From Camelus dromedarius (Eukaryota), in the NCBI RefSeq assembly GCF_036321535.1, contig NC_087436.1, positions 13,454,001 through 13,518,000 of the forward strand: DNA of 64,000 nt. The letters are read 5' to 3'. Below the pieces are notes generated by a model. That model made no database searches and was not told where the DNA came from. It saw nothing but the letters and a program-made list of their open reading frames with translations. Of the stretch, positions 46,480 to 57,769 are shown piece after piece; position 1 is the first letter of the stretch; every line of letters begins with the position of its first letter. The translations under genes were made by a program, and so were the position numbers.

Positions 46480-48853
46480 GTAAGCCCTCCTCCTTATCCT
46501 CGCCCCTCCCCGGCCAGCTCTGCTAAGGCTTTTCGGGGGTGTTCTCACGGCCCCCGCCCGCCCCACATCCCAAAGCTTTCCCGCCTGGGGTGCCAGTCCC
46601 GGGCGGGGCAGACGCTCTCCTTGCCCTGGTGTGTTATCTGGTGACAAATTTGAGATTACCCTGCTCCCCTCTGCAACACACACCCAAGTCTCTTATTCTC
46701 TTCCCGAGTTATACCCGTTGCTCTTTCTTAGGGACAGTTTTTAAAAGGGAGGGGCAGAGAAAACGTAGAACTAAAAGAGGTCTTTCCCTTGTAGATACAT
46801 GTACAATTATTTTTAAAGCTGCTAGCATGGGGGCCACAACGGAGAGTGCTGGAAAGAGTCCTGCGTGGAGGAGTTGGCGGTGAGCACCCTGGCCAGAGCA
46901 TCCTGGCCTGAGTCTCAGGCAGCACGTTCTTACCACTGGGCAGGATTCTAGGCGCAGGAACATTCCCTACAGGCAGGATAGCCAAAATGCTCAGATGGTG
47001 TTTTAAGGCACTCTGCTCTTTGCCGATTTCAGCTTTGAAAATAAAAATCCAGACTGGCTCATGCGTGTTGAAAATTGCGCTTTGATTGTATGTAACTGCT
47101 CAGGTGCCCAAGAAAGAGGGCACAAAGGGAATCTCCAGGAATCATTTTTCTATCACTGATCAGCTTTTATCGTAGGAGTGGTTTTAATTAACTGGAGAAA
47201 ATCGTGCAAAAGAGAGTTTCCCAAGTGTTTTAGAAAACAGAGGGGGAGTTCCTGCACAAAAACCATCAAAGCAATGAAAACCTCATGGGCTCTTGATATT
47301 CTTCCTGAAAGGAAAACATATACATTGTGTCTGAACTGATTTACATCCCCCCCTCACCCAATGGAAAGGGGGCTTCCTAATCCCCTTCAGGGCTCCAGCA
47401 GCATCTCCCTTTCAATCTCTAATTGTTTTCCTACAGCCATCATTAGTTAAAGAAAATGCAAAGTTGCTCAGCAATCTTTCCTGGCAGGCACCGCGAGTGT
47501 GCAATCATCTTATTGGCTAGATTTCTAATTTATTGCAAATGTTTGGCATATTTCAAACATTTGTCCAACATATACCACAGACCAACCAATACAGGTTAGT
47601 AACATTTTATATACATTCCTAGAGCTCCTAATTGGAAAAGTTTCATTTTGTTTGAGAGAGGGGAGTTGAGGGCAGTTTTATGTGTGTTGCTTTTGTTTTT
47701 ATTTTTCACGATCAGCACCAAGCATGATACACTATATTTCTCCAAAAAGCCATTTCCCCTTAAAAATAAAAGTTCATGTTCTTCAAAATCCGCTCTGCAC
47801 TTTCTCTAATTTGATAAATAACTTCTATAATGAGTCACATAGTTTGTTTTCCTGTGAAAATTCAATTTCATATTAAGGAAAATCGAATTTCACCTAAATG
47901 TTAGAGACAGCCTGACTACATTATAAATGGGAGAAAATGAATATTTTCTGCTTTTCCTTTTTCCCAAGAAATCAGACTCTTCTGAAAGAGCCTTTAGCAG
48001 GCTCTCTGATAATTGCTCACATTCCTAGGTTCGGTTAGACCCCAGAGACAATTAACTTTCGTTGGCTTCAGGAAAAGCTTTGAGTTTTCTGTTTGTTTGG
48101 GTTTTGTTGTTGTTTTGTTTATTTCTGAGAGTCTGAAACAGGCAGAGAGGCAAGAAGAACCAGCAGCAGGGAGGAAGCTAACAATGAAAGAAAGGCTGCT
48201 TAACTCAAGCACAAACTTTGCAGAAAGCACGAGGTGATGGCACCAGTGAGAGCAGGTTGTAGTGGTTAGCGAGGTGTGCTTCCAGGTGGAAAGAGCCCAG
48301 ATGTGATCCTTACGCCAGCCACCTCTCCGTGTCCCCGAGTTGGAAATACCTTGAAATGACTCCCCCGAGAAACAGAGCTCAGCTGAGAGCCCAGCCGAGG
48401 CCAGGCGGCCCTGGTGGCCTGCAGCTGAGAAAGATGATCCTTTGGCCGGAGTTTGTGGCTGCTCGTTTTCCAAAATCCCTCAAGGGCCTTTTAGAGCTTT
48501 CTCCTCAGAGAGGCTTTGGGACCTACTTTTGCAGAGACTGACTTTGTCCCCAGACTGGGAGGAAGAGCTCAAAGCTGCAGGCTGGCCCAGTTACCTGTAG
48601 CTACACAGCGCCCTTTGCCTGGGGATTCATCATGTATTAAGCACAGCAAGTGGGCAGCTTTGCCCATCAAAAAATGGGAGACATGGGAGACTTTCTTAGG
48701 AATGGGTGTTCCTTCTTTTTTAAGGGAGACGGAAGCTGGGGTCTTACAGGAAAGACAGTTGCTGCTCTTGCCTGGATGAGCCCCTGTGAGTTGTTTACAA
48801 ATGCCACCTGCTGTTCCCCTTTAAGGAAACTTACTAATTTGTCACGTTTCTAG

Positions 48854-48934
48854 CTCCAAAGGTATGCGACGCCTGCAAAAATAAAAACGAGGATGACAAC
48901 GACATAATGGAAACTCTTTGTAAAAATGATTTTG
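48854..48934 (+). CDS. SFRP2: SFRP2 coding exon 2
   Basis: Acceptor tttctag|, encodes (A)PKVCDACKNKNEDDNDIMETLCKNDF, donor TG|gtaagt; 81 nt, keeps the frame. Absent from the ORF track. Confidence 0.98.
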
Positions 48935-51839
48935 GTAAGTAACACACCACCACCAACGAAACAGTTCACATTCAGAAGTTTTATTTCACAGCACAACCTA
49001 ACGGTACAATTCATTAAGATGTGACTAAATAAAGGGTAAAAATATCATCACGGCTTATCTCTCCTAAAATCATCTAACTTGCTAGTTTCTTCCCTATGTA
49101 ACTATCTTGCACTGAGTTGTATCTTTTTAGGTGACATTCATTGTTCCTGTTCAGCAATAATCAGATAATGAGAATGGTTCAAATTATGAATTTTCAATGG
49201 CACTTTCTTCATTTCACTTTGGCTTTTTCTTGCCAACAAGCATAATCCTGGGCCGTGCTCTCTTTAAGTCACTTAACATATGTACTAGGGAAGGAAACAT
49301 GTAAATATTAACCCCAGACAAACAGATTCCAGGCATTAAGTTGACCAAAAATAAAAATTTACTACAGTGCCAAACAGAAATCTTTTTACTTTATTCATAA
49401 CTCATGAGGCTTTGCTTCTCTGTGTTCTACCATCAGTGTATATATCCAAGGTACTGGTTAGTAATCTGGCGGGGAGAGTGTTCTTACATTTAAAAAGAAG
49501 AAAAAATAAAGCTAGCAATTTACTTTTGGCAAGATACGTGAAAGGTGCTGTGATGACATGGTGCTTGGGGACAGTAAATAATGTATGTGATATGTGACCC
49601 AATTCTGTGGATTATAAGTCAGTACTATAAGAGAAAGAGGGTTAGAGACTGTCCACCCAGAGCTCTAGCAGCACTTTATCTGCCATCCTCAGGCCTCCGA
49701 GGGGAGGGGCCACCTAGACACAGGATCAGCATTAAATTCCGAGTTGGGGTGGCCAGGAACTTCACCCAGACTCCTGCGACTCTCTTGTTTCCATCCCATT
49801 CCAAGAGTAGGCACTTTTTGGTGTGTTTGAGAGGTTGGTGCCCTTTAAAAGTGTTTATTCAGGCAGAAGGTTGACCTTATTGGTGAACAGAGATGGTCCC
49901 TGTTCTATCAAACACTAACAGACTCTAATCTATACGAGCATTTCCACATTCTCGACTAAGTTCTAGAGTCTGAGAGCAACCACTCGCCTTCCAGGTTCCG
50001 AGCCCAGAGGTCTCAGGCCTGGCCAGGTCCCTAAAACTCTGGGAACAACCCGTTCCCATCCTTACAACCCCAGATCTCTGCCAGGAGGTGTCCTGGGTTA
50101 ACCTTAGCTGGTCCGGGATTGCCATTGCTGTAGGGGAAGCTTCATCCTGCTGAGGAAGGGAAGAAGGAAGGAGGCAGCTCTAAGTCCCAGCCAGTCCTTC
50201 CCCTCAGCAAGAGCCACAGCTGGATCATAGGGTTTCATGTGTCTACATTCAAAAACATACAGCTCTCAAAGTAGGGAAGGGCCAGAAACATTGGCAGCAG
50301 CAATCCCAAATCTCCAGAGCCTTTCTGAACCCAGTGCTTAGCTTCCATGCTACAAGATTTTATTGAGGGTAAAACAATATATATAATTTTAGTAAAATGT
50401 ATATAAAATATCATTTCCTTTAAGCAGCTTATGGGCTTTGCAGTAGATTTAATACAGATCTCTCTCCTGGCTTCCATGAAAAAGTTGGTTATATCATGGG
50501 GCTCCAAAACAGTTGAAATTAGGGCACGCGCATACACACACACACACTCACACACATACACTACCTACTGGCTTTGTGGCTTTCCTTACAGAAGATCTCC
50601 TTCCTAAGGATGCTATATCATGACCTGGGCCAAAAAAAAAAAAAAAAAAGTGTGTGAGTGTGTGTCCTCATGCCATCTCTCCTTAGAGGAGAAAGCCTTT
50701 CAAAACGACGTAGAAGTCGTTACATTTAAGGTATCACACATGCAGATACCTCACAAGCTTTGTGTTCTCCACATTCATTTTGTCCCAAAGGGGATAATAA
50801 ACCTAAACTGGAGGGGGTGCATCACATAGGATGTATAAGCGGTTTCCCACATCGCCTCTGTACTTTGGAGGAGTCCTAAAAAGGTAATAGGAACAAAAGT
50901 AGAAATCTGATGCATTTAACTTGAATCACCCACAAAAGCGTGACACCCTTCCTCCGTGCGCTTCTGAAGTACAGGGAGCATGTGGAACACCTCCTTATTC
51001 TAGTGATAAAAGCACTGGCAAAGAAAGAATAGCCCAGAACTACCAGCCTATGTAGGTAACCTTCTGTTGGAGCAGGTAGTATCATCACCTCTGCCTCCTG
51101 CCGCATCCTGCATCCGCGTTCACATCTTCCCACGCAGGAAGCTATCTGAGCGCTTTGATTCTCCCTATTCTCATCTTCTCCTGAAATCCTCCCCCCTGGT
51201 TAAAAGGGGTGATTTTTCTCATGTCTGGAGCTCAAGAATGTCTTGTTTGACCAGGTGAAATCTCACGCAGGCTATAGGCGAGGCTCCCAGGTAGCCTTAT
51301 AATCACTTCTCCCACCGTACATCTTCCCCATTCCCAGCCCTTAGGCAGAGGCTGTAGGAACATGTGATATTTCCATGGGACTTATCTCATGATAAACTCT
51401 GAGAACTCGGTACTGCAGCTCAGATGCGTATCAGATAAAATAATGGCTGGCCAAGTCACAGCATCCTTGGTTTACCTGGTTGAGCATCAGTCATTGCCTG
51501 CTGGACTGGAAAAGCCATGCTTAGTCAGATTCTCTTTCTGAAATAGAAAAAAAAAAAAAAAAAAAGAAAGAAAAAGAAATCCCCAGAGCAGTGATACCCA
51601 CACAAAACCCTCTTCCTCTGTTACTAATTTAAACAATGCATTAAACTCCATCCGTCAGGAAGTCACACCTGCATATCATCTATAGGGAACAACTGTTAAT
51701 GTCACCAAGGGTCTTAGGACACATTACAGTTTCGTGTGTTAATGCGCCAACCAGGACAAGAAATCTGATACTCTGCCTTCAGAGACCACAGAAGTTAGTG
51801 GAGGAAATCTGGGGAGCAGAGTTCTGAGAACTAGACTCA

Positions 51840-51960
51840 GCCAGGACACAACCTAACTTGGTGACCTCCTATGAGTCACTAAACTTCTCTGGCTTTCAGG
51901 CACTTCATATATCAACAAGAGATTTTAATTGAATGATTCCTTCGAACCTTAAAATTCGAT
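51840..51960 (+). mobile_element. MIR remnant in SFRP2 intron 2
   Basis: ctaacttggtgacctcctatgagtcactaaacttctctggctttcagg...gaatgattccttcgaacctt. Confidence 0.6.
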
Positions 51961-52808
51961 CCTTTCCCTGCCTTCATGGAGTCTTGAAATTTAATTCCAG
52001 CATGTATGTTTGGAGGGTTTTCTTTCCCAAAGCGTACTGTTCATGACCATAAAATGTGTCTTTTATAGTAAACCACTTACTTTTGGTCTTAGCATTCTAA
52101 TGAGCCTACATACCCCTTTTGGAAACAGGACATATATGAGCTGTAAACGCCTTGGCCTTGGACGGGCAAATGATAGTATCTGAGGATGAGGTCTTCAGAA
52201 AAACACTTTTACAGCTAAACATGTTGTGCTCTTAAAAAGTCTTGGATATTTTTTCCTCCTAGTTACTTTACCAAATCAAATGCAGCTGTAAGATCAGTGC
52301 TCCGTCCCTGTAGTCTGTTCTTTAGAAAACAATGATTGTGTGATATAATTCCCTTACAGGTTTGTCCAAAAACCTCTCCGACAATATAAATTGAGTTTAA
52401 AGTTTACAGCCACAGAAGGATTGTGTTTCACCTTAGAGTCAGGCATTTCTTTTTCATGCTGAAGTTTCCAATAGGGGAAGTCGTTTGTGGAGGAGAGCAC
52501 AAACCACATGCAGCCTGCATACAAACACAGGAACACAAGGGCGAAGGGGGAAAAAAGAGTCAGTTGAGTCCCGCAAAGTCTTTAAAAGATGGCGGATTTG
52601 AAACAAAGTGCCTGGCAGAGCCTTTGAGGCTTTAGAACTGGAGCCACCTGCTGCCCTGGGCTCCCAAACCCCTACCTGCAGCCCCTGACAGTCTCATTAG
52701 CCCAGGGGCGGTGGGCTGTTTTCCCTGCCCCGAGCCGAGTCCCACAAACATGCAGCAGGATGTGTTCCCTCATTATAACTGTAATTCTGTCCCCTCTTGT
52801 CTTCGTAG

Positions 52809-53113
52809 CACTGAAAATAAAAGTGAAGGAGATCACCTACATCAACAGAGACACCAAAATCATCCTGGAGACCAAGAGCAAGACCATCTACAAGTTGAAC
52901 GGTGTGTCCGAAAGGGACCTGAAGAAATCGGTGCTGTGGCTCAAGGACAGCTTGCAGTGCACCTGCGAGGAGATGAACGACATCAACGCGCCCTATCTGG
53001 TCATGGGACAGAAACTGGGCGGGGAGCTGGTCATCACCTCGGTGAAGCGGTGGCAGAAGGGGCAGAGAGAGTTCAAGCGCATCTCCCGCAGCATCCGCAA
53101 GCTGCAGTGCTAG
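52809..53113 (+). CDS. SFRP2: SFRP2 coding exon 3 (netrin/NTR domain, stop)
   Basis: Acceptor cttcgtag|, encodes (A)LKIKVKEITYINRDTKII...SRSIRKLQC*; 499+81+305 = 885 nt = 294 aa plus stop. Confidence 0.99.
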
Positions 53114-53965
53114 GTCCCCGCGCAGCCCGGCTCTGCCCGCCCTACCCTGTCTCCTCCGGGACCTCAGCGCTCGTTTCCCAGGCACAGTCCCTGCAGCTCC
53201 GGCCCCAGCCCGGAGCTGCCCCCCTGCCCTTTGCACGTTTGCACCCCCGGCATGTCCTGAGTTGTAAGGCCCTCAGAGGCATCAGCAATGGAGAGCTGTT
53301 TTCACATAAAGGAAAAAAACCCACCCAAATCATGTAGAAATATTCCAACTAATAAAATCATGGCTATTTCTACGACGTTTTAAAATAGCTCATGTCAAAA
53401 CTAGCTTCGCCTAGGTGCAGCTGGGCCTTGGGTTTGACTTTGTTGGTTGGTTTGGTTGGGGTCAGCCGATTTTCACTTTCCAAGGCTGCCGGAACGTGCA
53501 GAGAGCTCCGCTTTGCTCTGTGGTTCCAACTGTCGTGGGTCCAAAACCCGGTTGAGATAAAGCTGGCTGTTATCTCAACATCTCTTTCGGCTTCAGCCTG
53601 ATACTCAGCGCCTACGTCTTGTAACAGCTCACTTGGCATTTTACATCCCTGTCGGGAACTGACAACTGCAGTACGTATCGCTATTCCAGGTAGAGTATTT
53701 CCATTTATAAAAACCACATTAACCACCGTAGCATGAGTTCTTCAAATAAAGGGCGACGCAGACAAATGTTATCATTGACCTGAGTACTTTAAGCTTTGTT
53801 TAAAACACTTTTTCCTTAATTTTGCAAATTAAACCAGTGTAGCTTCCCTGTAATATACATAGTAGTTGACTTGAAAAAGTTGTACAAATATTGCTTTAAC
53901 CAACACTGTAAATATTTCAGATAAACAATATATTCTTGTATATAAACTTGACATCCTGTTTTACC
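53114..53965 (+). other. SFRP2: SFRP2 3' UTR with alternative poly(A) signals
   Basis: AATAAA at 53351 and 53745; variant GATAAA at 53920 and TATAAA at 53941 ahead of a T/GT-rich stretch. The distal end is placed from the recalled human mRNA end. Confidence 0.7.
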
Positions 53966-54479
53966 AACTCCTCGTCTTCTGTCTTGTCTTCTTCATGGGA
54001 GGAACTGGGAAGGGAGCTGTCACCTCCCCACAGTTTGAAGTGTTTGTTTCCTAAGTGATTCAGAAAGCGTCTCCCCCCTCCGACAGCTCCGCCTGGTGCC
54101 TCACATCTCACACAGACCCTACCCCTGCGGAGCCTGCAGGAAGGCGGAGATTTGAGGGCTCTGCAGAGGGCGTTCCTGCTTTTGTCCCTTCTCAGCAATC
54201 CAGCGGCAGCTCTGGGGCAACACTAGTCTAAAAACCTAAGGTTCACGAGCTCGACGGTTGTGCTTTTTCATTTCTGCAGATTTTTATAATGAAAAGGAAT
54301 CACCGTTGTAAAAAATGTTCATTCTTTCCCCACTTACACTCTAACCTTCCGATCAAGAGAGCCATGATTTGAAGAGTAGCCATGGGAAGCAGGGGATAGG
54401 AAGGGGAGGATGAAAATAACCAGCATTGAGAGAAGGGCATCCATCCATAAAATGTCCATCCAGACGCTTCATTGTTTTG

Positions 54480-54850
54480 TTTTAGGAGCCTCCAGAGAAA
54501 CTCTAGTAAACACAGGAGTAAAGTAAGGCTCAGAGGGGTTAGATGGCGTGGCTAATATGAGGCAGAGCCAGAGCTGAAACCAAGGCCTTTCAGGCAACAA
54601 ATCCTGTCTTCTATTCAGTCCACGAGGGGTAGTAGAAACAGAGTGGCACTCATCTATTCAGCAAACATTTACTGGGCATCTGCTAGGTGCCTGGCCCTGT
54701 CTAAGTGCTGGGGACACAGAAGTTAGTCCTTGTTCTTTTGGCGATTACATGAGAGAGTGAAAGAACATAAATAACCACGATGATAATTACATATTGACAG
54801 GTGAGAAGCTGCATGAAATATCAGGACAGGTAATATGGGAGAGCAACGCA
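54480..54850 (-). mobile_element. MIR and L2 3'-end remnants
   Basis: aggagtaaagtaaggctcagaggggttagatgg (MIR); ctattcagcaaacatttactgggcatctgctaggtgcctggccctgtctaagtgctgggga (L2). Confidence 0.75.
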
Positions 54851-55618
54851 GTGTCCCCATCAATCTGAAAATTTTAGTGGTGTCCGTGTGAAGCCTATAC
54901 CTGGTGGCATTTTGTTGATTTCGTTTGAAAGTTTCCTGAACACACAGCCATGATCTCTCTACAGCCCCTCAAGGTCTTCTGGAACCAAAAGTCAATACAG
55001 CCCACTGCCTGCCTGAGCTCTGGGATTTCAGTGATCCCTTTCATTCCCCTCTCAACTCTGCTTCTCATATGATTCCACAAACACATGGGAAAGCCCTCTT
55101 CCTACAGGGCACCCATGGACCAGAAGAGGGATGTTCACATACCAAGGCCATTACTCATTTCAAACATTTGAAACAGGGAACTAGAGACCTTAGAAAAGGA
55201 AAAAAAAAGAAAGAAAGAGAAGATAAAAGACAAAAGAAACAGTAAACCAAGGATTTAGGAATCAGAAATAGGAAGCAAGTACAACACAACCAAAACTCGT
55301 GGAAAGAAACAATTTGGAAGAAATTGATCTGTCTGAATGCTCCCTCTCCAATCAAAGCAAAAGCCACCTGCCCGTATTAAGGGATGCGAGATCTCCAGCT
55401 CTGGAGAGGTAGTTAGTGCCAGACATGTTTTGAGGAAGCAGCAGAAGTAACACTCTAGTGTCTGCCTCCTGCCATATATGCCTCTCTATGGAGCTTCCAT
55501 CCCCATCCACCCCTTGTTCCCATCCTTGATAAAGCTATGAGCCAATGATACATGCCAGGGCAGAGCGGGTAGGTTTGGGGTTGATTTTTCACTTTGTTTT
55601 ATTATCTTCTTTTGCATG

Positions 55619-55998
55619 ATGATTCAAGTATATATATATGACTCATTTATTTTTGAAATAATCATAACTGTATTCTTTTTTTTCTGGCCTGAGTGTTCAC
55701 TGTAAAAAAAAAAACAACTGTTTAACAAACAGCAACATGGGTTAAGACAAAAATGCAAATGAAGCAAGTTACAAAAGTACACTGCACAAAAACATTGGAA
55801 ATACGGCTATGTCCTCCAGCTCAACAACACATACAAAGTGTCAGAAACACTCACTTGGTTCAACTTTTAGATTTCAGTCATTTGAGAACTATTATTGTCT
55901 GCGTTACTATGTGCGAGACACTGCACTGTGGTAGATGCGTAATGATTCAAGTATATATATGGCTCATTTATTTTTGAGATAATCATAACTGTATTCTT
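55619..55998. repeat. ~58-bp direct repeat pair flanking a 264-bp insert
   Basis: atgattcaagtatatatat(at)g(a/g)ctcatttatttttga(a/g)ataatcataactgtattctt at 55619-55677 and 55942-55998. Confidence 0.92.
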
Positions 55999-56425
55999 GA
56001 TGAATTTTTCACCTATCAGATTTATTTGGTAGGCAGATGAAAACATGAATGTTCATCCATTATTGGGGGAAAAAAGCAAGCAATCAGAAAACATGGGATT
56101 TCTGGCTTTCCTGATGATTCATGACCTGTTAATAAATGGCTAAAATATCCCCAAATAGGAGATCAGCCTAAAAGGAAAAGTTCAAAGATACAAAAACTAC
56201 ACGTCTATTACACATGTAATTCTTCTTCCCTTTCCTAAATAACTTGAGAAATGAGTTGTGGTACAAGGACACATTTTATAAGACTTTTGGGGCAATATTT
56301 CCCAAAGTTACCCACTGTTTAAAGGTTCTGTCTATGTGCTCTGAAATTCACAGGATCCATTTTATCTAACAGCACTCTCCAGTCTTCATTCTCTACTTTC
56401 TCATCAAAAGATAATTTTTTTCATA

Positions 56426-57193
56426 TTTATTTCTTTATTTTTGTTGAAGCAGAGTCAGTTTACAATGTTGTGTCAATTTCAGGGGTACAGTATAATATTT
56501 CTATCATCCATATACATGCGTAGATTCTATTTCATATTCTTTTTCATTGTAGGTTACGATAAGGTATTGAATAGTTCTCTGTGCTATACAGAAGAAACTT
56601 GTTGTTTACCTCTTTTATATATAGTAGTTAGTATCTGCAATTAGTATCTGCACAGCTCGAACCACCAATTTCTCCCTTCCCAACACCTTTCCCCACTGGA
56701 AACCATGTTTGTTTTCTATGTCTGTGAGTCGGTTTCTGTTTTGTAAATAAGTTCATTTGTGTGTGTGTGTGTCTCTCTCTCTCTTTTTTTTTTTTTTTAG
56801 ATTCTAGATATAAGTTATTCTTTCTCTTTCTGGCTTACTTCACTTAGAATGACCATCTCCAGGTCCACCCATGTTGCTGCAAAATGCATCATTTTATTAT
56901 TTTATATGGCTGAGTAGTATTCCCTTACATATATATACCACAACTTCTTTATCCAGTCATCTGTTGTTGGACATTTAGGTTGCTTCCATTCTTGGCTATT
57001 GTATATAGTGCTGCTAGGAGCACTGGGGTGCATGTATCTTTTTGAATTAGAGTTCCCCCCAGATACATGCCCTGGAGTGGGATGGCTGGATCACACAGTA
57101 AGTCTATTTTTAGTCTTTTGAAGAATCTTCAAACTGTTTTCCATAATGGCTGCACCAAACTACATTCCCATCAGCAGTGTAACAGGAGGGTTC
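56426..57193 (-). mobile_element. Young L1 3' portion (ORF2 end and 3' UTR)
   Basis: Same 3' UTR as the other copies, plus ggctgagtagtattcc...gagtgggatggctggatcac...ggctgcaccaaactacattccca. Confidence 0.93.
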
Positions 57194-57769
57194 TGGAGGG
57201 CTTAATTCTATGATGGGCAAAACATTGTATTTAGGGTGCCAATAAAGCAGGAGTTCCCAAAACAGGAAAAGGGGGGAAAGCATTTGATCTTTGATTTTTG
57301 ATTTTTTTTAAAGCATTAGAATAGTTACCATAAAAGAAAATTAAACCACTAGATTCTTACTTATACATTTTAAAATAAGTTTGTGGGGTTTTTTGTTTTC
57401 AGAATGAAAATATAGGGGTGATGTGGGGACATAATAATACTCTTTTCAGTGTTTTGGACTTCTAACGATCTTAATAACACTCACTTACTGCTGATATGGA
57501 AAGAGGGGATAAGTTCTGAGTATAGCATGGTCCCTCCATGTTTTCTGGTCTAGCTCCTTTAAATTCTCACCCTTTATAGACAGCCTGTAATGTGAGGCTA
57601 GAAAATAAAATTTAAACCCAAATCAACTGAAACCAGTAAAGTTACACACTGCTCAGCAGATCCAGGCCATCAGCATGAATCTTGAGCAACTTGTTATAGT
57701 ATAAGAAGGAGTTACCCAGGCAAAGGAGAAAGTGGGAAGGCTGTGTGGAGAGGGGACAAAGTGGATAAA

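Larger units (their letters stand above)
45120..46620. promoter_or_regulatory. SFRP2: SFRP2 promoter / exon 1 CpG island
   Basis: CpG-dense; forkhead-type TGTTTAC at 45491-45497, GC box at 45537-45545, ATTTGCAT overlapping CATAAAA at 45697-45709. Confidence 0.9.

Noticed and set aside
46480..46526. ORF-track extension of SFRP2 exon 1 (GKPSSLSSPLPGQLC)
   Set aside because: Intron read-through past a canonical GTAAGC donor.
52760..52808. N-terminal part of the 117-aa ORF ahead of exon 3
   Set aside because: It is the intron 2 polypyrimidine tract and acceptor; the exon starts at 52809.
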